From Xanthobacter sp. NM-25 (GTDB lineage: Bacteria > Pseudomonadota > Alphaproteobacteria > Rhizobiales > Xanthobacteraceae), in NCBI RefSeq assembly GCF_022138605.1, contig NZ_JACBFS010000001.1, forward strand, positions 847,851-879,850: a DNA stretch of 32,000 nt, read 5' to 3'. Every line of letters starts with the position of its first letter. Position 1 is the first letter of the stretch. A program made the position numbers and the translations under genes. A model generated the notes under the pieces. That model ran no database searches. It was not told where the DNA came from and saw only the letters and a program-made list of their open reading frames with translations. This document shows positions 1-8,993 of this stretch, piece by piece.

Positions 1-662
1 GCGCGCGGGTCGAGCGGTTCGATGTCGGCGAACAGACCATTCCAGACGATGGCGAGAATGGCGGGCGCCACCACCAGCTGGGGAAAGCGCACCGCCGCGT
101 CGCTGGCAAGCTCGCCGCGATCGACCCCCCGTTGCGCCACCTGGCGGATCAAGGCGATGCCCCGGGCCACCACCTCGCGATGGTAGAAGGCCGCAAGCCC
201 CGGAAAGCGGCCGCCCTCACCGATCATCAGCCGCACCAGCGCCGCCGCCGGCTGATCCAGCACCCGGTCGATCATGAGGGCAATAAGCACGTCCAGCAGC
301 GTGCGGGTATCGCCGGGCGCATCCGCCACCAGCGTATCCGCATCGGCGAAGATCGGCGTGATGTTCTCTTCCACCAGCCCCCGGAACAGGGCCTCCTTGT
401 CAGTGAAGTAGAGATAGAGCGTGCCCTTGGCGATGCCGGCCCGCCGCGCCACTGCATCCAGCTTCGCGGTGGCGAAGCCATGGGCGGAGAATTCCGCCAG
501 CGCCGCATCGAGGATCGCGCGCCGGCGCGCCGCCCGGTCTGCGGCGGTGGCCCGCGCGCGCCGCTCCGCCGGCGCACGCTCGACACCGGCAAGCTTGGGG
601 GCCGCGCCGCGCCGCGAAGGGGCGGCGGCCGGGCGACCGGCGGAGGACTTGGTTTCGGCCAT
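1..662 (-). CDS. TetR/AcrR-family transcriptional regulator. The 3' end runs off the left window edge, and it is absent from the ORF track because no stop is reached.
   Basis: My own minus-strand translation from ATG at 662 reads MAETKSSAGRPAAAPSRRGAAPKLAGVERAPAERRARATAADRAARRRAILDAALAEFSAHGFATAKLDAVARRAGIAKGTLYLYFTDKEALFRGLVEE... ...AILAIVWNGLFADIEPLDPR. The FATAKLDAVARRAGIAKGTLYLYF stretch is a canonical TetR_N helix-turn-helix. The frame stays open for about 220 codons down to base 3. Confidence 0.85.
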   Translation of the reverse strand, partial: MAETKSSAGRPAAAPSRRGAAPKLAGVERAPAERRARATAADRAARRRAILDAALAEFSAHGFATAKLDAVARRAGIAKGTLYLYFTDKEALFRGLVEENITPIFADADTLVADAPGDTRTLLDVLIALMIDRVLDQPAAALVRLMIGEGGRFPGLAAFYHREVVARGIALIRQVAQRGVDRGELASDAAVRFPQLVVAPAILAIVWNGLFADIEPLDPR

Positions 663-687
663 GGCCCGCTTCAACAGCTCAATTCAA

Positions 688-707
688 ATGACTGACCCGT
701 CAGTCAT
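688..707. promoter_or_regulatory. Perfect 20-bp palindrome ATGACTGAC-CC-GTCAGTCAT, a candidate TetR operator 26 bp upstream of the TetR start codon
   Basis: Read directly from the sequence: 9-bp arms with a 2-bp centre. It lies between the RND terminator and the TetR ATG (662). This is typical geometry for a dimeric TetR-family operator. Confidence 0.5.
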
Positions 708-816
708 AGACCATGAGACACCGCCGGAGCCAGTGTCTTTACGGGTGGCACCCTGTCGAATTCTGCCCCCAAGGCGGGGATGGCCACGGCCGGGGCGCGC
801 TCCTGCGCCCGGCCCC

Positions 817-854
817 ACAAAAGAAAATCCCCGCGCGGCTCACGCCGCGCGGGG
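817..854 (-). terminator. Rho-independent terminator of the MFP-RND transcript
   Basis: On the minus strand the stem is CCCCGCGCGGC-GTGA-GCCGCGCGGGG (11-bp perfect stem, 829-854), followed by ATTTTCTTTTGT. It starts 24 nt after the RND stop at 878. Confidence 0.8.
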
Positions 855-877
855 ATGAATGCTCGAACCGCTGCGGA

Positions 878-3800
878 TCACTCCGCGGGGGCGGCATGAT
901 TGGGCGGCGTGCCGCCCGAGTTCTTCGCCCGCCCCTTGCCCAGCCCGGCGAGCCAGCGTGCGAACACGTAGAACACCGGGGTGAAGACGAGGCCGAACAA
1001 GGTCACGCCGATCATGCCGGCGAACACCGCCGTGCCCAGCGCCTGCCGCAGCTCGGCGCCGGCCCCCTCGGCCCACACCAGCGGCACCACACCGAGGATG
1101 AAGGCGAGCGAGGTCATGATGATGGGCCGCAGACGCAGCCGCGCCGCCTCCACCGAAGCCTCCCGCCGGCCATGGCCCTCGTCTTCGAGCTGCTTGGCGA
1201 ACTCGACGATGAGGATGGCGTTCTTGGCGGCCAGGCCGATGAGGACGATGAAGCCCACCTGGGTCAGGATGTTGTTGTCCATGCCCCGCATGTTGACGCC
1301 GGTCAGCGCCGCCACCAGGCACATGGGCACGATGAGAATGACCGCGAGAGGCAGCGTCAGGCTCTCATACTGGGCCGCCAGCACCAGGAACACGAACAGC
1401 ACGCCCAGCGCGAAGGCGAAGATGGCGGTGTTGCCCGCCCGCTCCTGCTGGAAGGCGATGCCCGTCCACTCGTAGGCGAAGCCCTGGGGCAGGATCTTCT
1501 GCGCCAGACCTTCCATGATCTGCATGGCCTGGCCTTGCGAGTAGCCCGGCGCCGGCGAGCCATCGAGCTCCGCCGCCGGATAGAGGTTGTAGCGCGGCAC
1601 GCGGTAGGGACCGGAGATGTCGCGCACCGTGGTGAACGAGCCCAGCGGCACCGTCTCGCCATTGGCCGTGCGCACGCGGATGGCGAGCACGTCCTTGGCT
1701 TCCATACGGAACTTGGCATCGGCCTGGGCCTGCACCCGGAAGGTGCGGCCGAACATGTTGAAGTCGTTCACATAGGTCGAGCCGATGAAGGTCTGCAACG
1801 CGGCGAACACGTCGTTCACGTTGACCCGCAGCAGCTGGGCCTTCTCACGGTCGATGTCGAGATAGAGCTGCGGCGTCGAGGTCTCGAACAGGGAATAGAC
1901 CTGCTGCAGCCCCGGCGTCTGCGCGGCGGCGCCCATCATGGCGTAGGTGGCGTTGCGCAGCGCCGTCAGCGACGCGCCATCGCGATCCTCCACCATCATG
2001 CGGAAGCCGCCGGCGTTGCCGATGCCGTTCACCGGCGGCGGCTGCACCACGATCATCTGCGCTTCCTGGATTGACGCCATCTTGCCGAACAGCGTGCGCT
2101 GCACGGCGGCGGCCGAGCGGGTAGGATCGCCACCGCGCTGCGAAAACGGCTCCAGGATCACGAACATGGCGCCGGCGTTCGGGGCGTTGGTGAAGGTGGC
2201 GCCGGAGAAGCCGACGATGTTCACCACCTTGGCCACACCCGGCGTGCCGAGCACCAGATCGCCAGCCCGCTTCATCACCTGCTCGGTCCGCTGCATGGCG
2301 GCGCCGGGCGGCAGCTGGGCGACGACGATGAGGTAGCCGCGATCCTGCTGGGGAATGAAGCCCTGCGGCGTGCTGGTGAACAGGTGGCCGCCATAGGCGA
2401 CGATGGCCACATAAACGATCAGCACCAGCGCCACCACCCGCACCAGGCGCGAGGTGAGCCAGGCATAGCCGTTGCCCAGCCCCTCGAAGCCGCGGTTGAA
2501 GAGGCGGAAGAAGCCGACCACCGGCCGGGCATACCAGGCATGGTGCGCATGCTCGCCCCGGTGCGGCTTCAACAGCAGCGCGCACATGGCCGGCGACAGG
2601 GTCAGCGACACCAGGAGCGAGATCAGGGTCGACCCCGCGATGGTGAGCGCGAACTGCTGGTAGAAGGCCCCCGAGATGCCGGTGATGAAGGCGGTGGGCA
2701 CGAACACCGCCGACAGCACCAGCGAGATGGCGATCAGCGCGCCACCCACCTCGTCCATGGTCTTGTAGGCCGCATCCCGTGGCGAGAGACCCGCCGCGAT
2801 GTTGCGCTCCACATTCTCCACCACCACGATGGCGTCATCCACCACGATGCCGATGGCGAGCACCAGGCCGAACAGGGACAGGTTGTTCAGCGAGAAGCCG
2901 AACAGCCCCATGACGAAGAAGGTGCCGACGAGAGAGATCGGGATGGCCAGGATGGGGATGATGGCCGCCCGCCAGGTCTGCAGGAACAGCACCACCACCA
3001 GCACCACCAGCACGATGGCTTCGCCGATGGTGTGCACCACTGCATCCACCGACTGCTGAATGAACTCGGTGGGGTTGTAGTAGATGCCGTATTCGAGACC
3101 CTCAGGGAAGGTCTTGCGAATGCGCTTCATCTCCTCCACCAGCGCGTTGCCGGTGGCGAGCGCGTTGGAGCCCGGCCGCTGGAAGATGCCGAGCGCCACC
3201 GAGGGGTCGCGGTCCAGGAACGAGGTGGAGGCATAGTCCTGGGCGGTGATCTCCACCCGGCCCACGTCCTTCACCCGCACCAGGGCCTGGTCACTCTGCT
3301 TGACGACGATATTACCGAACTCTTCCGGGCTCGACAGGCGCCCGAGGGTGCGCACGGCGATCTGGAAGGGGTTCTGCTGCGGCGTGGGCGGCGCGTTCAG
3401 GATGCCCGAAGCCACCTGCACGTTCTGCGCCCTGAGCGCCGTCACCACGTCGTTGGAGGTGAGATTCAGCTGGGACAGCCGGTCGGGATCGAGCCACAGC
3501 TGCATGGCGTAATCGCGCTGGCCGAACACGGTGATGGAGCCGACGCCGTCGATCCGCGACAACACATCCTTGATCTGGATGTTGGCGAAGTTCGACATGA
3601 ATAGCGGATCACGTGAACCGTCCGGCGAGAACAGGTTCACCACCAGCAGGATGTCGGGCGACGACTTGGCCGTCACCACGCCCACCTGCTGCACCTCGGA
3701 GGGCAGGCGCGGCGTGGCGATGGCGACGCGGTTCTGCACCTGCACCTGGGCAGTATCCAGATCGGTACCGAGGTCGAACGTCACCTGGATCGAGAAGCGG

Positions 3801-4063
3801 CCATCCGCCGTGGAGTTGGACGAGATGTAGAGCATGTGCTCCACACCGTTGATCTGCTGCTCGATGGGGGAGACCACCGTGTCAGCCACCACCTCGGCGG
3901 AGGCGCCGGGATACTGGCCGGTGACGGTGATCACCGGCGGCGCGATCTCCGGATACTGGGCCACGGGCAGCCGCAGATAGGTGACGGCACCGAGGATGAT
4001 GACAATGGTGGAGACCACCGACGCGAAGATCGGCCGGTCGATGAAGAAGTGGGAGAATCGCAT
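878..4063 (-). CDS. RND (HAE1, AcrB/AcrD/AcrF-type) multidrug efflux permease, inner-membrane subunit
   Basis: 1061-aa ORF. The N-terminus MRFSHFFIDRPIFASVVSTIVIILGAVTYLRLPVAQYPEIAPPVITVTGQYPGASAEVV is the conserved AcrB family start. It shows a 12-TM / two large periplasmic loop organisation. GAGGGAGG Shine-Dalgarno before the ATG at 4063. Confidence 0.95.
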   Translation of the reverse strand: MRFSHFFIDRPIFASVVSTIVIILGAVTYLRLPVAQYPEIAPPVITVTGQYPGASAEVVADTVVSPIEQQINGVEHMLYISSNSTADGRFSIQVTFDLGTDLDTAQVQVQNRVAIATPRLPSEVQQVGVVTAKSSPDILLVVNLFSPDGSRDPLFMSNFANIQIKDVLSRIDGVGSITVFGQRDYAMQLWLDPDRLSQLNLTSNDVVTALRAQNVQVASGILNAPPTPQQNPFQIAVRTLGRLSSPEEFGNIVVKQSDQALVRVKDVGRVEITAQDYASTSFLDRDPSVALGIFQRPGSNALATGNALVEEMKRIRKTFPEGLEYGIYYNPTEFIQQSVDAVVHTIGEAIVLVVLVVVLFLQTWRAAIIPILAIPISLVGTFFVMGLFGFSLNNLSLFGLVLAIGIVVDDAIVVVENVERNIAAGLSPRDAAYKTMDEVGGALIAISLVLSAVFVPTAFITGISGAFYQQFALTIAGSTLISLLVSLTLSPAMCALLLKPHRGEHAHHAWYARPVVGFFRLFNRGFEGLGNGYAWLTSRLVRVVALVLIVYVAIVAYGGHLFTSTPQGFIPQQDRGYLIVVAQLPPGAAMQRTEQVMKRAGDLVLGTPGVAKVVNIVGFSGATFTNAPNAGAMFVILEPFSQRGGDPTRSAAAVQRTLFGKMASIQEAQMIVVQPPPVNGIGNAGGFRMMVEDRDGASLTALRNATYAMMGAAAQTPGLQQVYSLFETSTPQLYLDIDREKAQLLRVNVNDVFAALQTFIGSTYVNDFNMFGRTFRVQAQADAKFRMEAKDVLAIRVRTANGETVPLGSFTTVRDISGPYRVPRYNLYPAAELDGSPAPGYSQGQAMQIMEGLAQKILPQGFAYEWTGIAFQQERAGNTAIFAFALGVLFVFLVLAAQYESLTLPLAVILIVPMCLVAALTGVNMRGMDNNILTQVGFIVLIGLAAKNAILIVEFAKQLEDEGHGRREASVEAARLRLRPIIMTSLAFILGVVPLVWAEGAGAELRQALGTAVFAGMIGVTLFGLVFTPVFYVFARWLAGLGKGRAKNSGGTPPNHAAPAE

Positions 4064-4076
4064 GGGTGCGCCTCCC

Positions 4077-5315
4077 TCACTTCGACGCGGAGTCGGTGGC
4101 GGGCTTGCCAGTCTCGCTCTTTGGTGCGTCAGCCTTTGGCGCGTCGGCCTTCGGGGCCTCGGCCTTGGCCGGTTCCGCCATCTGCGGATTGACCACGACG
4201 CCGGGGCGCACCCGCATGAGGCCGTTCACCACCAGAGTGTCGTCGGGCTTGAGGCCCTCGGTGATCACCCGCTGGTCATCCACCAGTTGGCCGAGGGTGA
4301 CGAAGCGCTGCGCCACCTTGTTGTCGGGGCCCACCACATAGACGAACTTCTTCACCTGCTCGGTGCCAATGGCCGCATCGGGCACCACCAGCGCCTGATA
4401 GGGATCGGTGGAGTTCAGGCGAATGCGGGCGAACATGCCCGGCCGGAACAGGCCGTTGGGGTTGTCGAACACCGCGCGGCCACGGATGGTGCCGGTCTCG
4501 CGGTCGATCACATTGTTGAGGAAGTCCATCTCCCCCTTGTGCACGAAGCCCTTGTCGTCGATGAGCTTCAGTTCCACCGGATCACCCTTGATGTCGGCCC
4601 CTGCCTTGCGGCGCTGAATGCGCAGCAGCGAGGCCTCGTCGATGGTGAACTCGAAGCGGATCGGGTTGGTGGAGACGATCACCGCCAGCAGCGTCGGCGA
4701 GCCGGCAGTACCGCCGGTCACGTAATTGCCCACCGACACCCGCCGATCGCCGATCTGGCCGGACACCGGCGCCTTCACCTCGGTGAAGTCGAGATCGAGC
4801 TGCGCCGAGCGCACGGCCGCTTCCTGCGACTGCACGGTGGCCGCCGCGGTGCGCTCGGCCTGGGTGCGCTGGTCGAAGGTCTGCTTGGAGATGGCGGTGG
4901 AGTTGCGATCCTCCAGCAGCGAGCGAGCGCGCTCCAGGTCGGCCTTGGTGAAGTCGAGATTGGCCTGGGCCTGGGCGAGGTTCGCCTGTGCCTGCGCCAA
5001 GGCGATCTTGAACGGCCGCTGATCGATGGTGAACAGCAGGTCGCCCTGCTTCACCAACTGGCCATCGGTGAAGTGGATGGCATCGAGATAGCCGGACACG
5101 CGGGCACGCACGTTCACTTCGTCGATGGCGACGAAGCGGCCAACATATTCATCCTGATCGGTGACGGTGCGCGTGGCGGGATGCGCCACGGTCACCTGCG
5201 GCGCCGGGGGAGGCCCGGCCTGCTGGGCGGGTTGCTGATCGCAGGCGGAAACCAGAAGGGCGAGCGCAAGCGAGGACAGAACGAGCGGGCGATAGCCCGT
5301 GGTGACGAGGGTCAT
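4077..5315 (-). CDS. RND efflux periplasmic adaptor (membrane fusion protein), lipoprotein
   Basis: The ORF frame is 4077..5438. I place the start at the ATG at 5315 (MTLVTTGYRPLVLSSLALALLVSAC), which gives a signal peptide with an LVSAC lipobox and an AGGAG SD about 10 nt upstream. The body has HlyD/AcrA-like barrel-sandwich and coiled-coil regions (ANLAQAQANLDFTKADLERA). The stop lies 13 nt before the RND start. Confidence 0.9.
   Translation of the reverse strand: MTLVTTGYRPLVLSSLALALLVSACDQQPAQQAGPPPAPQVTVAHPATRTVTDQDEYVGRFVAIDEVNVRARVSGYLDAIHFTDGQLVKQGDLLFTIDQRPFKIALAQAQANLAQAQANLDFTKADLERARSLLEDRNSTAISKQTFDQRTQAERTAAATVQSQEAAVRSAQLDLDFTEVKAPVSGQIGDRRVSVGNYVTGGTAGSPTLLAVIVSTNPIRFEFTIDEASLLRIQRRKAGADIKGDPVELKLIDDKGFVHKGEMDFLNNVIDRETGTIRGRAVFDNPNGLFRPGMFARIRLNSTDPYQALVVPDAAIGTEQVKKFVYVVGPDNKVAQRFVTLGQLVDDQRVITEGLKPDDTLVVNGLMRVRPGVVVNPQMAEPAKAEAPKADAPKADAPKSETGKPATDSASK
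4122..4166 (-). repeat. Three tandem 15-nt units inside the 3' end of the MFP gene, encoding (A/D)APKA-type repeats
   Basis: Plus strand reads tggtgcgtcagcctt / tggcgcgtcggcctt / cggggcctcggcctt. The protein tail is AKAEAPKADAPKADAPKSE. Confidence 0.7.
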
Positions 5316-5462
5316 CAAATCCGGCTCCTGGCGGATGGCTGGCATCCGCGAAATAACCTGGGGCGAAGGTTCGGCGCCTCCCGCAACCGACGAGCCGAAA
5401 CCGGAAATAGCGCGTTCGGATAGCACAGGACGCTGCAATGCAAAACGCCTGAATCGAGAAAA

Positions 5463-7034
5463 TCACGGATTTCCCTGCGGCACGCCCCCCGCAGGCGGCC
5501 CCAAGCGGCGCCCCATCACCCCAGCCAGGAAGGCGCGGCCCAACAGCCCGAACACTGCCAGGGCATAGACCAGCGCCCCGCCCGCCGCGACCAAGGCCAG
5601 CATCACTTCCTCGCGACCCGTGAAGCCGGCGGGCAGCAGCAGCGCCGCTGCCCGCTCGGCCCCGAACAGGGCGGCGCTCACCACCACCAGCACCGCCGCC
5701 AGACGCACCAGATGCCCGCCCAGCGCCGCATCTCCCAAGGGATAGCCGCGCTGGCGGGCAAACAGGATCAGCAGGCCCACATTGATCCAGCCGCCCACCG
5801 CCGTGGCGAAGGCAAGCCCCACCTGGGCGAACGTGCCCATCAGCGCGAACTTGAGCGCCACGTTCAGCGCCACCGCCGACAGCGAGGCGATCATTGGCGT
5901 GCGGGTGTCGCCGCGCGCATGGAACGGGGCGATGAAGGCCCGCACCACCAGGAAGGCGATGAGGCCGAAGCTGTAGGCCCGCAGGGTCGCCGCCGCATCG
6001 GCCGCATCGGCCACCGTGAACGCCCCGCGCGCGAACAGCGCCCGCATGGTGAGATCCGGCACCATGAGCGCCGCCGCCATGAAGGGAATGCCGAGCAGGG
6101 CGGCGAGCTCCACGCAGCGGGCCTGGGCATGGGCGGCGCCGGCGTCGTCGCCGGCCGCCAGCCGGCGGGCCATCTCCGGCAGCAGCACCGTGCCCACCGC
6201 GATGCCCACCACGCCGATGGGCAGCTGATTGATGCGGTCGGCATAATAAAGGGCGGACAGCGCGCCGATGGGCAGGAAGGTGGCGATGATGGTGTCGGCG
6301 AACAGGGCGATCTGCACCCCCGCCGAGCCGATGATGGCCGGCCCCAGCGCCCGCAGGAATTGGCGGGTGCCGGGATCCAGCCGGGGCCGCGCGAACCGAA
6401 GGCCGATGCCGTGGCGCTCCGCATCGAGCCCCACCACGAACAATTGCAGCACGCCGGAAATCAGCACGCCCCAGGCCGCCGCATCCCCGGCGGTGGGAAA
6501 CAGCGCTGCCCCAAGCAGGGTGCTGACCATGCAGATGTTGAGCAGAATGGGCGCCGCCGCCGCCACCGCGAACCGCTCGGAGGCATTGAGCGCGCCGGAG
6601 ACCAGCGTCGCCAGCGAGATCAGGGCGAGATAGGGGAAGGTGATGCGGGTCAGCGTCACGGCGAGGTCGAAGCGCGTCCCATCGGCGGCGAGGCCCGGCG
6701 CCAGCAGCGAGACGAATTCCCGCGTGAAGCCCAGCGCCAGCACCAGCAGCACCGCATGCACCACCACCATGCCGGCCAGAATCTCATCGGCGAAATGGCG
6801 CGCCGCCGGCACGCCATCCTGCTCCCGCAGCCGGGCATAGGTGGGCACGAAGGCGGCATTGAACGCCCCTTCCGCAAAGATGGCGCGGAAATGATTGGGC
6901 AGGCGGAACGCCACCAGGAAGGCATCGGCCACCGGCCCGGCGCCGAGCACGGCCGCCATCACCACATCGCGGATGAAGCCGGCAAGGCGCGAGAGCAGCG
7001 TGAAGCCGCCAACGGAAAGAATGGAACGGAACAT
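5463..7034 (-). CDS. murJ: Lipid II flippase MurJ (MviN)
   Basis: From the ATG at 7034: MFRSILSVGGFTLLSRLAGFIRDVVMAAVLGAGPVADAFLVAFRLPNHFRAIFAEGAFNAAFVPTY. This aligns position for position with the conserved MurJ N-terminus (compare E. coli ...[48 protein letters not shown]). Polytopic membrane protein. The ORF-track start at 7190 adds an implausible Arg/Ser-rich extension. Confidence 0.93.
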   Translation of the reverse strand: MFRSILSVGGFTLLSRLAGFIRDVVMAAVLGAGPVADAFLVAFRLPNHFRAIFAEGAFNAAFVPTYARLREQDGVPAARHFADEILAGMVVVHAVLLVLALGFTREFVSLLAPGLAADGTRFDLAVTLTRITFPYLALISLATLVSGALNASERFAVAAAAPILLNICMVSTLLGAALFPTAGDAAAWGVLISGVLQLFVVGLDAERHGIGLRFARPRLDPGTRQFLRALGPAIIGSAGVQIALFADTIIATFLPIGALSALYYADRINQLPIGVVGIAVGTVLLPEMARRLAAGDDAGAAHAQARCVELAALLGIPFMAAALMVPDLTMRALFARGAFTVADAADAAATLRAYSFGLIAFLVVRAFIAPFHARGDTRTPMIASLSAVALNVALKFALMGTFAQVGLAFATAVGGWINVGLLILFARQRGYPLGDAALGGHLVRLAAVLVVVSAALFGAERAAALLLPAGFTGREEVMLALVAAGGALVYALAVFGLLGRAFLAGVMGRRLGPPAGGVPQGNP

Positions 7035-7068
7035 CAGGGGTCGCGCCGTGAGGAATGCGGCGCGGAAG

Positions 7069-7689
7069 CTAGCCTGTCGCCGCCTCCGGCGCCATCCCCG
7101 CGCCGCCGGCTTGCGGCTCGAAGGTGACCCGCTCGTAAAGCTCGGCCAGGGTGAGGCGCGCCGCGATGGCCGGCAGATCGAAGGCGCCATCGAGACCGGC
7201 GGCCTCCTCCAGCACCCAGGGCCCCGCCGCTCCGCCCTCGCGCCGCCACAGCAGCGCCCGCGGCGCCTCCGGTTCGACGATAAGGATGTAAGCGAGCCCG
7301 GGCACCGACTTGTATTCCTCGAGCTTGCGCACGAGATCGAGGCCGCGGGTGGAGGGGGAGAGCACCTCCATGACGAGGCGGGGATCCACCGCGGTCATGT
7401 CACGATCATCGGCAGCGGCGCAATCGATCATGAGATCAGGACGGCGCACGTTGCCATTGGGGACGACGATGGCGATGTCGGAGGTGGATGGCTCACAGGG
7501 CCGGCCCTTGAGCGCCTGGCGCAGGCTGGCGATGGCGTTCACTACGATCCGATCATGCCGCCGGCTGGCACCGGTCATGGCACGCACGGGCACGCCGTCG
7601 ATCAGCTCGTAGCGCACGCCTTCCTCGCCCTTGAGGGCGAAGAAGGCGGCGATGGTCATGCGGGGCAGACTGCGCGCGGTGTTGCCCAT
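7069..7689 (-). CDS. Uma2-family (DUF820) PD-(D/E)XK putative endonuclease
   Basis: MGNTARSLPRMTIAAFFAL..GVRYELIDGVPV.MTGASRRHDRIV...RRPDLMID...VMEVLSPST...KLEEYKSVPGLAYILIVEP. The ELIDG, PDL and E-V-L-SPS motifs and the Y...G(V/L).EYWIV-like tail are Uma2 hallmarks. The start is chosen at the ATG at 7689; 7659 is also possible. Confidence 0.75.
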   Translation of the reverse strand: MGNTARSLPRMTIAAFFALKGEEGVRYELIDGVPVRAMTGASRRHDRIVVNAIASLRQALKGRPCEPSTSDIAIVVPNGNVRRPDLMIDCAAADDRDMTAVDPRLVMEVLSPSTRGLDLVRKLEEYKSVPGLAYILIVEPEAPRALLWRREGGAAGPWVLEEAAGLDGAFDLPAIAARLTLAELYERVTFEPQAGGAGMAPEAATG

Positions 7690-7814
7690 CGGTCCGTCCT
7701 CTCCCTCGGCGGCGGTCTCCTGGAGACGCCTAGAACGGAAGCATAGCACGGGTGCCGATCACGCAGCGAAGAACCGCGGTCGGAGCGCCGCCACCGGCGA
7801 CGCCCCGAAAACGT

Positions 7815-8963
7815 TCAGTGGCCGAGGCCGCGGCGCACGGCGGCGACGATGCGATCCTGCGTCGCCTCGTCGAGATAGGCGTGCATGGGCAGGGAGATGA
7901 CCTCTTCCGCCAGGGTCTCGCACACCGGCAGAATGGCCCCCGCCGCGGGGTACTGCTGATAGGCCGGCTGCAGGTGCATGGGCAGACGGTAATAAACGGC
8001 GGTGGGCACGCCCTCCGCCTTCAGCTTCTCCGCCAGTTCGTCGCGCACGCCGGGCTGCAGGCGCAGGGTGTACTGGGCCCACACCGAGGTGGCGCGGGGG
8101 TCCACGCTCGGCACAATGGCCACGTCCTTCAGCAGCTCATTATAACGGCGGGCCACCCTCTCGCGGGCGGCGATCTCGTCCTCGAAAATGGCGAGCTTTT
8201 CCAGCAGCACCGCCGCCTGCACCGTGTCGAGGCGCGCGGTCATGCCGATGCGCACGTTCTGGTACTTGTCCACCCCCTGGCCATGCTCGCGCAGGCTCTT
8301 GAGGATGGTCACCAATTCCTCGCTGTCGGTGAAGATGGCGCCGCCGTCGCCATAGGCGCCGAGGGGCTTGGCGGGGAAGAAGGAGGTGGCGGTGGCGTCA
8401 CCGATGGAACCGGTGCGCCGGTTGTTCCAGGTGCCGCCGAAGCCCTGGGCGGTGTCGCACAGCACCTTCAGGCCATGCTTCTCAGCGATGGGCAGGATGG
8501 CGTCGTAATCGGCCGGCTGGCCGAACAGATCCACCGGAATCACCGCCTTGGGGGTCAGCCCCTGCTCGATGGCCACCGCAATGGCGGCCTCCAGGCTCTC
8601 GGGATCCATGTTGAAGGTGTCGGCCTTCACATCCACGAACACCGGGGTCGCGCCCACCCACGGCACCACCTCGGCGGTGGCGCAGAAGGTGAAGGCCGGG
8701 CAGAACACCGCATCGCCCGCCTTCAGGCCCCAGGCCATGAGGATGAGCGCCAGGGCATCGGTGCCCGAGGAGCAGGTGACCGCATATTTGCTGCCGGCGA
8801 AGGCGGCGAGCTTCTGTTCCAGCTCGGTCACCTGCGGTCCATTCACGAAGCGGCAGGAGGCGAGCACGGAAAGCACCGCATCATCGATCTTCTGGCCGAT
8901 CCGCGCCCGCTGGGCGGCGAGATCGATGAAGGCGATGGGGGCGGCCGTCACGGGAGACGTCAT
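7815..8963 (-). CDS. DegT/DnrJ/EryC1/StrS-family PLP-dependent sugar-nucleotide aminotransferase (GnnB/WbpE-like)
   Basis: 382 aa. Contains IAFIDLAAQRARIGQKIDDAV...RFVNGPQVTELEQKLAAFAGSKYAVTCSSGTDALALIL and ...FFPAKPLGAYGDGGAIFT (catalytic Lys region), which are family signatures. Confidence 0.9.
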   Translation of the reverse strand: MTSPVTAAPIAFIDLAAQRARIGQKIDDAVLSVLASCRFVNGPQVTELEQKLAAFAGSKYAVTCSSGTDALALILMAWGLKAGDAVFCPAFTFCATAEVVPWVGATPVFVDVKADTFNMDPESLEAAIAVAIEQGLTPKAVIPVDLFGQPADYDAILPIAEKHGLKVLCDTAQGFGGTWNNRRTGSIGDATATSFFPAKPLGAYGDGGAIFTDSEELVTILKSLREHGQGVDKYQNVRIGMTARLDTVQAAVLLEKLAIFEDEIAARERVARRYNELLKDVAIVPSVDPRATSVWAQYTLRLQPGVRDELAEKLKAEGVPTAVYYRLPMHLQPAYQQYPAAGAILPVCETLAEEVISLPMHAYLDEATQDRIVAAVRRGLGH

Positions 8964-8993
8964 GAAAAGGTCCTGCGAAAGAACAAAGAAGGG

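Noticed and set aside
713-7127. Chain of long plus-strand ORFs (713..2074, 2384..3604, 3981..5423, 5712..7127)
   Set aside because: All are antisense to the RND pump, MFP and murJ genes. Their His/Arg/Gly/Asp/Glu-rich composition is typical of the reverse frame of membrane-protein genes in high-GC DNA.
7035-7190. N-terminal extensions suggested by the ORF track for murJ (to 7190), and likewise for the MFP (to 5438), Uma2 (to 7749), ilvH (to 25952), the fldA partner (to 23244), transaldolase (to 22293), IMPase (29790), DUF4170 (30659), DUF374 (31154) and panD (10255)
   Set aside because: In each case the extension is Arg/Pro/Ser-rich or overlaps the neighbouring gene. Family homology starts at an internal ATG that has a better SD, and several of the track starts are GTG or TTG.
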